Source: Mobula hypostoma (lineage: Eukaryota). Taken from it: a DNA stretch of 64,000 nucleotides. Below, piece after piece: positions 43,601-55,600 of the stretch; positions within the stretch are counted from its first letter, which is position 1; each line of letters starts with the position of its first letter. A program made the translations under genes and the position numbers. The notes below the pieces were generated by a model. It ran no database searches, was not told the DNA's origin, and saw nothing but the letters and a program-made list of their open reading frames with translations. The stretch lies in NCBI RefSeq assembly GCF_963921235.1, contig NC_086108.1, positions 45,944,001 through 46,008,000 on the forward strand. The letters run 5' to 3'.

Positions 43601-46600
43601 TAGAGGAACTTGTGATAATTAATTGCATTCCATGGTAACTACCTGTACTCTGGCAATTCTTCTCCATTCCAGTTCTTCTCGATACCATTCCAGTGTCCAT
43701 TTAGACTGTTGCTGTGAGGTTCATCCGTGCGAACAGCTTTAACGTTAGCTTTATCTGGCTGACAATGAGAGTAACCTGCAAGGCTACCACCACAGCCAGA
43801 CTTGCATCCTATTGAAAAATGAAGTTAAAACATTGTCTGCATTGTAGAAAAGAATGGCCAAATCCAAATCTTTTTTCCCCCTTTTCTGAAGGTGATAATT
43901 CATGAAGTGACTGATAAGGACTGTTCACAATTAGTCACATGACTGCTTGTTTTGCAAACATTGACAGAGAACGTTGCTGAGCTATTCCAACATGAGAGGT
44001 GACACTGACACTGGCTTCCTCCTTACAAAGGCCTACCCAGGAACCACCGCACTACAACTTCTGCGAACCCTGCGACACTGCTCCTTCAAGAGGCAAATTA
44101 TCATCCTCCAAGTTCCAACCTCACTGAGATCAGTTAAGGGTTAATCTTGATATATATATGGCTTGGTACATTTAGAACAGGCAGCATCTATGGAAAAGAG
44201 TACAGTCAACATTTCAGGCTAAACCCCTTCAGCAGGGCTGGAGAAAAAAAGCTGAGGGGTAGATTTAAAGGTGGGGGAAGGGGAAAGAGAAACACAAGGT
44301 GATAAGTGAAACTTAAAGGGGGAGGGATGAATGTCCCCACCCCCTCTCCTTCACTATTTTCTATTCTCTTTTCCCTCTCTCACCTCATCTCCTTGCCTGC
44401 CCATCGCCTCCCTCTGGTGCTCCTCCCCCCTTTTCTTTCTTCCATAGTCTTCTGTCTCTTTCACCGATCAACTTCCCAGCTTTTAACTTCATCTCTGCCC
44501 CCTCCAGGTTTCACCTATCACCTTGTGCTTCTCTCTCCCCTCCCCTCACCTTTTAAATCTACTCCTCAGCTTTTTTTCTCCAGTCCTGCTGAAGGGTCTC
44601 AGCCCAAAACATCAACTGTATTCTTTTCATAGATGCTGCCTGGCCTGTTGAGTTCCTCCAGCATTTTGTGTGTGTTGCTTGGATTTCCAGCATCTGCAGA
44701 TTTTCTCTTGTCTGGGTTAAGCTGTATGGGTCCTAATGCCCTTCCCTTGGACAACATTGGTGTCGTGGAGAGGGGAGATTTGAAGCATGGGCAACTTTTG
44801 GTCTTCCACACAACCTTGCCCAGGCCTGCGCCCTGGAGAGAGAGTGAAGACTTTCCAGGCGCAGATCCATGGTCTCGCAAAACTGGAATTCTACATCGTA
44901 CAGGAAATACTTAACAATGGTCCAGTCATTGCCAGTACTTTCAGTTGCTTCTGAAATTCCACAGGAAACATTCGAGACTATGAGTTACTGACGTTACCTA
45001 CACTAGATAAGGAAGCTTGCACTTGCATGTTCGCTCACGAACGTAAATTTTATCAGTTTAATATGCCAGGTATTTTTAGAATAAAGGGCTTTTAGAGGAC
45101 AGGAGGGAATAGTGTCTACCTGAAACACAATTTATGAACTTGTACTTAAATAATAAAAATAAATTAGTAATTAAGCATGCACAATGATCTTCTCCATCAA
45201 GTTCCCAACATATTTTATGCAATGGACTGATACCATTAAGCAAGGGGTCGGTGGACCCTAGGCTGGGAGACCCTGCCCTACAAGGACTATGGAGCAACTA
45301 ATTGGAGTCGTAATGCTAAAGATAGCACTTTCAAACCTAACTCCATTATATGCGCATTTTCCACAGGGATTGAGGGCTCATGGACTAAATTCTAATAAAC
45401 CAAGTTGCTCAATTAACACAGTGTCTAAGTTATTAGTCAGTTATATCCATTTTATTTTCAAAGTGCCATCCCAGGTGAGTGAATTGCCTGACGTAGAACT
45501 AGGTTGATTAGTTCATTTAAAAACAAACGGCTACCTGGTTGGTGTAGATGGTAATTTTGAATATGGAAGCTGCAAGTAAATTTTTTGTGAAAGATTCCAA
45601 AATCTTCCAATTACCTATTGATTCAGAGACAGTTAATATGGTAAAAATGAATGGGACATGTGGACTAAGTAATCTGAAGTAATAAATACTGATCCAAAAC
45701 TGCAAATGAGAATTGGGGCACATGTAAAATTATACTCTGAGAATGTTCCCTGCACAATAAACTTTAGGAATATTTAAATTACATTTAAGACCATAAGATA
45801 TAGGAGCAGAATTTGGCCATTCAGTCCATCGAGTTTGTTCCACATTCCACCATGGCTGATCTTGGATCCCACTCAATCCCATACACCTGCCTTCTAGCCA
45901 TATCCTTTGATGCCCTGACCAATCAAGAAACTATCAATTTCCACTTTAAATATACCCCCAGAGGGCCTCCACTGCAGTCTGTAGCAGAGCATTCCACAGA
46001 TTCACCACTCTCTGGCTAAAAAAAATTCCTCCTTACCTCTGTTCTAAAAGTTCATCCCTCAATTTTGAGGCTGTGCCCTTTAGTTCTGGATAGCCCCACC
46101 ATAGAAACATCCTCTCCATATCCACTTTATCTAATCCTTTCAGCATTCAGTAGGTTTCAATGAGATTCCCCCACATTCTTCTAAATTCCAGTGAGTACAG
46201 GCCCAAAGCTGCCAAATGATTCTCATATGTTAATCCCTTCAATCCTGGAATCATCCTCGTGAACCTCCTCTGGACTCTCTCCAATGACAATGAAATAAGG
46301 GGCCCAAAAATGTTGACAAAACTCCGAGTGCAGACTGACTAGTGTCTTACAAAGCCTCAGCATTATCTCCTTGTTTTTATATTCCATTCCCCCTGAAATA
46401 AATGCCAACATTGCATTTGCCAACTTTACCACAGACTCAATCTGTAAATTACCCTTCTGGGAGTCTTGCATGAGGACTCCCAAGTCCCTTTGCACCTCCG
46501 ATGTTTGAATTTTTTCCCCATTTAGATGATAGTCTCCACGATTGTTCATTTTACCAAACTGCATTATCGTACATTTCCCAACACTGTATTCCATCTGCCT

Positions 46601-49600
46601 CTTTTTACCCAACCTTTCAACTTGTCTAAGTCCTGCTGCAATTGCTTTATTTCCTCAGCACTATCTCCCCCTCCACCCATCTTTGTTTCATCCTCAAACT
46701 TTGCCTCAAAGCCAGCAATTCCATTATCTAAATCATTGACAAAGATTGTGAAAAGTAGCGGTCCCAATACTGGCCCCTGAGGAACACCACTAGTCACTGA
46801 CAGCCAACCAGAAAAGGCCAGTCACTGCCTCCTGCCTGTCAGCCATTCCTCTATGCATTTCAGTATCTTTCCTGTAACAACATAGGAGTTTATCTTGTTA
46901 AGCAGCCTCATGTGTGGCGCCATATCAAATGCCTTCTGAAAATCCAAGTAAATGAAATCTACTGCCTGTCCTTTGCCCACCCAGCTTGTTACTTCCTCGA
47001 AGAACTTTAACAGATTTGTCAGGCAGTATTTCCCTTTACAGAAGCCATGCTGACTTTGTTATCATTAGTCTCTAAGTACCCCAAAACCTCATCCTTAATA
47101 ATAGACTCCAACACTTTCCCAACCACTGAGCACCACACATAAAAGTTGCTGGTGAACGCAGCAGGCCAGGCAGCATCTCTAGGAAGAGGTACAGTCGACG
47201 TTTCAGGCCGAGACCCTTCGTCAGGACTAACTGAAGGAAGAGCTAGTAAGAGATTTGAAAGTGGGAGGGGGAGGGGGAGATCCGAAATGATAGGAGAAGA
47301 CAGGAGGGGGAGGGATGGAGCCAAGAGCTGGACAGGTGATTGGCAAAGGGGATATGAGAGGATCATGGGATGGGAAGCCCAGGGAGAAAGAAAAGGGGGA
47401 GGGGGGAGAACCCAGAGGATGGGCAAGGGGTATAGTGAGAGGGACAGAGGGAGAAAAAGGAGAGAGAGAAAAAGAATGTGTGTATATAAATAAATAACGG
47501 ATGGGGTATGAGGGGGAGGTGGGGTATTAGCGGAAGTTAAAGAAGTCGATGTCCATGCCATCAGGTTGGAGGTTACCCAGACGGAATATAAGGTGTTGTT
47601 CCTCCAACCTGAGTGTGGCTTCATCTTTACAGTAGAGGAGGCCATGGATAGACATATCAGAATGGGAATGAGACGTGGAATTAAAATGTGTATCCACTGG
47701 GAGATCCTGCTTTCTCTGGCGGACAGAGTGTAGGTGGTCAGCAAAGCGGTCTCCCAGTCTGCGTCGAGTCTCGCCAATATATAGAAGGCCACATCAGGAG
47801 CACCGGACGCAGTATATCTCCCCAGCCGACTCACAGGTGAAGTGTTGCCTCACCTGGAAGGACTGTCTGGGGCCCTGAATGGTGGTAAGGGAGGAAGTGT
47901 AAGGGCATGTGTAGCACTTGTTCCACTTACAAGGATAAGTGCCAGGAGGGAGATCAGTGGGGAGGGATGGGGGGGGAACGAATGGACAACGGAGTCGCGT
48001 AGCAAGCGATCCCTGCGGAAAGCGGGATGGGGAAGGCAAGGATGTGTTTAGTGGTGGGATCCGGTTGGAGGTGGCGGAAGTTACGGAGAATTATATGTTG
48101 GACCCGGAGGCTGGTGGGGTGGTAGGTGAGGACAAGGGGAACCCTATTCCTAGTGGGGTGGCGGGAGGATGGAGTGAGAGCAGATGTGCATGAAATGAGG
48201 GAGATGTGTTTGACAGCAGAGTTGATTGTGGAGGAAGGGAAGCCCCTTTCTTTAAAAAAGGAGAACATCTTTCAAATCTCTCACTAGCTCTTCTTTCAGT
48301 TAGTCCTGACGAAGGGTCTTGGCCTGAAACGTTGACTGTACCTCTTCCTAGAGATATTGCCTGGTCTGCTGCGTTCACCAGAAACTTTTATGTGTGTTGC
48401 TTGAAATTCCAGCATCTGCAGATTTCCTTGTGTTTGCCCAGCCACTGAGGTTAGGTTAACTGGCCATAATTTCCTTTCTTTTGCTTTCTCCCCTTCTTAA
48501 AGAGTGAAGTGACATTTGCAAATTTCCAGTCCTCTGGGACCACACCAGATTCAAGTGATTCTTGAAAGATCATGACTAATGCATCCATTATCTCTCCAAC
48601 AACCTCTCTCAGGACTCTGGGACATAGTCCATCTGGCCCAGGTGACTTATCCACCTTAAGGCCTTTCAGTTTGCCTGGAACTTCTTCTTTTGTAATAGCA
48701 ATGGCACTCACTCCTGCTCCCTGTCACTTACGAACCTTTGGCACACTGCTAGTGTCTTCCACAGTGAAAGTAAAGTACTCATTAAGTTCATCTGCCATTT
48801 CTTTGCCCCCATTACTACCTTACCAGCATCATTTTCCAGTGGTCCAATATCAACTCTCACTTCCTTTTTACTCTTTATATAATTGAAAAAACTTCTAGTA
48901 TCTTGCTTTATATTATTGGCTCGTTTGCCCTCATATTTCATTTTTCCCTTCTTATAGCTTGTTTAGTTGCCTTTTGTTGGATTTTAAAAGCTTCCCAATC
49001 ATCATTCACTTTTGTTACATTACAAGGACATAAGAAATAGGAGCAGGAGTCGGCTATCTGGCTTGTTCTACTATTCAATAAGATCATGGCTGATCTGGCC
49101 ATGGACTCATCTCTGCCTACCTGCCTTTTCCCCTTAAACCTTAATTCTCCTACTATGCAAAAGTCTATCCAACTTAGCCTTAAATATATTTACTGAGGTA
49201 GCATCCACTGCTGTATTGGGAAGAGAATTCCACTGATTCACCTCTCTCTGGGAAAAGCAGTTCCTCCACATCTCCACCTAAATCTACTCCCCCAAATCTT
49301 GAGGCTATGTCCCTTAGCTCCAGTCTCATCTACCAGTGGAAACAACTTTCTTGCCTCTATCTTATCTGTCCCTTTCTTAATTTTATATAAGATCTCCTCT
49401 CATCCTTCTGAATTCCAGAGAGTACAGTCCCAGGCGACTCAATCTCTCCTCGTAGTCTAACCCCCTCATCTCTGGAAACAACCTGACAAACCTTCTCTGC
49501 ACTGCCTCCAAAGCCAGTACATCCTTCCTCAAGTAAGGAGACCGAAGCTGCACGCAGTATTCCAGGTGTAGCCACACCAGACCCCTGTACAGTTGCAGTA

Positions 49601-52600
49601 TAATCTCCCTGCTCTTAAATTCAATCCCTCTAGCAATGAAGGCCAACATTTCATTTGCCTTCTTGATAGCCTGCTGCATCTGCACACCAAATTTTTGTGA
49701 TTCATGCACAAGCACTCCCAAGTCCTTCTGCACAGCAGCATGCTGCAATTTTTTTACTATTTAAATAATAATCTGCTCTTCCATTTTTCCTTCAAAAGTG
49801 GATGATCTCGCATTTACCAACATTGTACTCCATCTACCAGACCCTTGCCCACTCATTTAACCTATCCATATCTCTCTGCAGACTCTCCGTATCTTTGCTT
49901 TTTGATTTTCTTCTCAATTTAGTATCATCAGCAAACTTAGATACACTACACAGTCCTTTCGTTAGTGTATATCATGAACAGTTGTGGGCCCAGCACCGAC
50001 CCCTGTGGCACACCGCTCACCGCTGAATGCCAACCAGAGTAACACCCATGTATCCCAACTCTCTGCTTTCTATCAGTTAACCAATCCTCTATCCATGCTA
50101 ATACATCACTCCCAACTCTATGCGTCCTTATCTTATGGATAAGTCTTTTATGTGGCACCTTATCGAATGCCTTCTGGAAATCCAAGTAAATAACATTCAT
50201 CTGTGCCCCTCTATCCACTTCGCTCATTATATCCTCAATGAACTCCATTGTTTGTCATACAAGACCTGCCTTTGCTGAATCCATGCTGCGTCTGCCTGAT
50301 GGATTCATTTCTTTCCAGATGCCTCACTATTTCTTCTTTAATGATAGCTTCAAGCATTTCCTCATCTACAGATGTTAAACTAACTGGCCTATAGTTACCT
50401 GCCTTTTGCCTACATCCTTTTTGGAACAGTGGTATGGCGTGATATTCGCCGTCTTCCAATCCCCTGGAACATGCCCAGAGTCCAGAGAATCTTGGTAAAT
50501 TATCACCAAACCCTCGACTGTAACTTCTGTCATTTCCTGCAGTACCCTGAGATGCATTCAATCAGGACCAGGGGACTGATCTATCTTCAGGCCTACAAGT
50601 TTGCTCAGCATTACCTCTTTACTGATAATTGGATGAGGGAGGATTTGGCTAGTGTAGACTGGGAACACAAGCTATATGGTAGGACAGCTGAGGAACGGTG
50701 GAAGACTTTCGAAGAGATTTTTCACGGTGTGAAAACTTCTGTCATTTCTTTCAGTACCTTGGGATGCATTTCATCAGGACCAGGGGAATAATCTATCTTC
50801 AGGTCCACAAGTTTGCTCAGCACTATCTCCTTAGTAATAGCTATTGTATCAAGGTCCTCGCCTCCCATCGCATCCACAACATCTCTCTTTGGTATGTTCG
50901 ACGTGTCCTCTACCCTGAAGGCCAACACAAAATAGTCATTCAAAGCCTCTGAAAATTCCTCATGTTACGTACCCCGTAACTGGGTTGCCAAACCAGCAGA
51001 AATGGATCACTCAGTTGGAGTCTGGAGTACTAGAACTAAGAAAGTTTTATTAAAGAAACAAGCAACACAGTAATCGAAAGGATAATAAATGCAACAATTC
51101 AACAATGATAACCACACATGTGCACAGAATTAAGATAACAGCATCAATCAAGCTCTATCGTTGTCTAGGGGTAAATGACCAAATTTCAAAATGACTCAAA
51201 GTTCAGTTCGCAGTAATCGTTTCCATGGCGATGGACAAGGTGGGGGAAGAGAGACAGAGAGAACAACTCATCATTCAGCACAGCTTCACTCACAGACCAG
51301 CGAGATTGCTCACGAGCAACTTTTGGGCGGGTCCTTGGTGATGTCACCTGAGGTCACCGACTGTGACCCCTCCTCCAGATGCGGTCGATCCTCTGCAGTG
51401 AACCCGGCACCCAGGCAAGGGCGGACACACACCGGGTTCCCGCTGATCGTACCTTTCCACCCTGTGCGTTGTCCGGTACTTCTCACCACTCGTGAGAGGC
51501 GCACCGCTTCCAGGGTCTCGTTACCTCGGGTGGCGTGTGTGTCTGTCTTAGCGAACCTGTCCCTTTTTATCCCCCTGCTGGGGTATCGCCTGTCCATCAC
51601 TTCAAACAGTTCAGGGTTCAAAGGGGGAGCCGCTCCAGACAGCTCCCTCTCCCACGTCCCTCCATTACACATCTCCAGACGCTGCTCCATTGTTCCTTAT
51701 CTCTCCTTCCCCTGAGGGCAGGTGGCAGACCAACTGCTGATGCCACTGATGCTAGCCCAGGCCAGCAAACATCTTAATTTTATGTGTATTCTCGTAACAC
51801 TCATTACCCAATATCAATTCCCCCTTCTCGTCCACCAAGGTACCCACATTCACTTTAGCCACCTTTTTCTGCTTTATATAATTATAAAAAACTTTTACTG
51901 TCTGTTTTTATATTTCGTGCTACTTTATTTTCATATTCCAGCTTCCCTTTCATTATTGCTCGGTTTATTAGTGCTTTTTAAAGTCTTCCCAATCTTCCAG
52001 TTTCCCACTACTCTTGGTGACTGTACACACAAGCTTTTAGTTTGATGCCTTTTTTTATTTCCTTAGTTACCCATGTCTGGCTCTCCCCACCCTTACTGTC
52101 CTCGCTTTTTACTGGAATATACTTTTGTTGAGCACCGTGAAAAATCTCTTTGAAAGTCTTGCACTGTTCCTCAACCATCCCACCATATAGCCTGAGTTTC
52201 CAGTCCACACTAGCCAAATCCTCCCTCATCCCATTGTAGTTTCCATTGTTAACGCATAATACACTGGTTTTAGATTGAACTATTGAAACCTATTGAAACT
52301 ATTGCACCCTGCATTTGTTTGAGAAACTCAATTATACTGTCCCCTTTATTTGCCCCTTCCTTGGCTTTTATGCAGTGCTTAATTTCCCTTGTCAGCCACG
52401 GTTAACTATCCCCGCCATTTGAGAACTGCTTCTTCCCTGGGATATATCCATCTTGTGAACTATTCCCAGAAACTTCAGCCACCTCTGCTCTGCCATCATC
52501 CCGGCCAATATCCTCCTCCAATTCACCTGGGAAAGCTCCTCTCTCATGCCTCTGTAATTCCCTTTATTCCACTGCAATACTGCTACATATATCTTGTGCT

Positions 52601-55600
52601 TCCCCCTCTCAAATTGCAGTATGAATTCAATCATATTATGATCACTGTTCCTAAGGGTTCCTTTACGTTAAGCTCCCTAATAAGTTCTGGGTTATTACAT
52701 AACACCCAGTCTAAGATGGCCTTTCATCTAGTAGACTCAAGCACAAGCTGCTCTAAAAAGCCTTCTTGCAGGCATTCAACAAATTCCCTCTCTTGCGATC
52801 TGACACCAGTCTGATTTTCCCAATCCCCTTGCATATTGAAGTCCCCCATTACAACTGTGACACTACCCTTATTACATGCCTTTTCCAGCTCCCTTTGCAA
52901 TCCCAACCCCACATCTTGGGTACTATTTGGAGGCCTAAATGTGATTCCCAGAATGTTTTTTTCACTCTTGCAGTTTCTTAACTCCACCCACAAAGATTCA
53001 ACATTCTCTGACCCTATGTCACCTCTTTCTAAAGATGTAATTCCATCTCTTAGCAACCGAGCTACACCACCGCCTATGCCTTCCTGCCTGTCCTTTCAAT
53101 ACAAGGTATATCCTTTGATGTTAAACTCCCATCTATGGCCTTCTTTTAGCTACGACTCAGTGATGCCCACAATATCATAACAACCAATCTATACTTGCAT
53201 AAGTTCATCCACCTTATTGTGAATGCTATGCACATTTAAATACAGCACTCTCAGCCCTCCAGTCTTCACCCTTTTGAACTTTGCCTTTTTGGCATGTGTT
53301 AACTTGAGGATAGTAATACATCAGCTTTTGTCATTGTGTATGAAACCATAGAAACCATAGAAAAACTACAGCACAGAATAAGGCCTTTTGACCCTTCTTG
53401 GCTGTGCCGAACCATTTTCTGCCTAGTCCCACTGACCTGCACACAGACCATATCCCTCCATACACCTCCCATCCATGTATCTGTCCAATTTATTCTTAAA
53501 TGTTAAAAAAGAACCCGCATTTACCACCCTGTCTGGCAGCTCATTCCATACTCCCAGCACTCTCTGTGTGAAGAAGCCCCTCCTAATGTTCCCTTTAAAC
53601 TTCCCCCCCCTCACCCTTAACCCATGTCCTCTGCTTTTTTTCTCCCCTTGCCTCAGTGGAAAAAGCCTGCTTGCATTCACTCTATCTATACCCATCATAA
53701 TTTTATATACCTCTATCAAATCTCCCCTCATTCTTCTACGCTCCAGGGAATAAAGTCCTAACCTATTCAACCTTTCTCTGTAACTGAGTTTCTCAAGTCC
53801 CGGCAACATCCTTGTAAACCTTCTCTGCACTCTTTCAACCTTATTAATATCCTTCCTGTAATTTAGTAACCAAAACTGAACACAATACTCCAGATTCGGC
53901 CTCACCAATGCCTTATACAACCTCATCATAACATTCCAACTCTTATACTCAATACTTTAATTAATAAAGGCCAATGTACCAAAAGCTCTCTTTATGACCC
54001 TATCTACCTGTGACACCACTTTTAGGGAATTTTGTATCTGTATTCCCAGATCCCTCTGTTCCACTGCACTCTTCAGTGCCTTACCAGTTACCCTATATGT
54101 TCTACCTTGGTTTGTCCTTCCAAAGTGCAATACCTCATACTTGTCTGTATTAAACTCCATCTGCCATTTTTCAGCCCATTTTTCCAGCTGGTCCAAGACC
54201 CTCTACAAGCTTTGAAAACCTTCCTCACTGTCCACTACACCTCCAATCTTTGTATCATCAGCAAATTTGCTGATCCAATTTACCACATTATCATCCAGAT
54301 CATTGATATAGATGACAAATAACAATGGACCCAGCACTGATCCCTGTGACACACCACTAATCACAGGCCTCCACTCTGACAAGCAATTCTCTACTACCAC
54401 TCTTTGGCTTCTTCTATTGAGCCAATGTCTAACCCAATTTACCACCTCTCCATGTATACCTGGCGACTAAATTTTCCTAACTAACCTCCCATGCGGAACC
54501 TTGTCAAAGGCCTTACTGAAGTCCACGTAGACAACGCCCACCGCCTTCCCTTCATCCACTTTCCTGGTAACCTCCTCAAAAAACTCCAATGGATTGGTCA
54601 AACATGACCTACCACACACAAAGACATGTTGACTCTCCCTAATAAGTCCCTGTCTATCCAAATGCTTGTAGATTCTGTCTCTTAGTACTCCCTCCAATAA
54701 CCTACCTACTACCGACGTTAAACTTACCAACCTATAATTTCCCAGATTACTTTTCAATCCTTTTTTAAACAACGGAACAACATGAGCCATTCTCCAATCC
54801 TCCGGCACCTCACCCGTAGACACCAACATTTTAAACTTATCTGCCAGGGCCCCTACAATTTCAACACTAGTCTCCTTCAAGGTCTGATGGAATACCCTGT
54901 CAGGTCCTGGGGATTTATCCATTTTAATTCGCCCCAAGATAGCAAACACCTCCTCCTTTTCAATCTGTACAGTTTCCATGATCTCACTACTTGTTTCCCT
55001 TAATTCCATAGACTTCATGCCAGTTTCCCTAGTAAATACAGACAGAAAAAACCCATTTAAGATCTCCCCCATTTCTTTTGGTTCCACACATAGCCGACCA
55101 CTCCGATCTTCAAGAGGACCAATTTTATCCCTTACAATCCTTTTACTCTTAAAATACCCGTAAAAGCTCTTGGATTATCCTTCAATAGACAATAGACAAT
55201 AGACAATAGGTGCAGGAGTAGGCCATTTGGCCCTTTGAGCCAGCACCGCCATTCACTGTGATCATGGCTGATCATCCACTATCAGTATCCAGTTCCTGCC
55301 TTATCCCCATAACTGTTATCTTTAAGAGCTCTATCCATCTCTTTTTTGAAAGCATCCAGAGACCTGGCCTCCACAGCCTTCTGGGGCAGAGCATTCCATA
55401 TATCCACCACTCTCTGGGTGAAAAAGTTTTTCCTCAACTCCATTCTAAATGGCCTACCCCTAATTCTTAAACTGTGGCCTCTGGTTCTGGACTCACCCAT
55501 CAGTGGGAACATGCTTCCTGCCTGCAGCGTGTCCAATCCCTTAATAATATTATATGTTTCAATAAGATCCCCTCTCAGCCTTCTAAATTCCAGAGTATAC

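Larger units (their letters stand above)
45787..49015 (-). mobile_element. CR1-type LINE, 5'-truncated, split by a Penelope insertion
   Basis: KSPGPDG, PEDWK and [11 protein letters not shown]; taagaccataaga tail at the left end. Confidence 0.9.

Noticed and set aside
51191..51777. GC-rich ORFs of 80-174 aa
   Set aside because: They lie wholly within the solo LTR and show no protein motifs.
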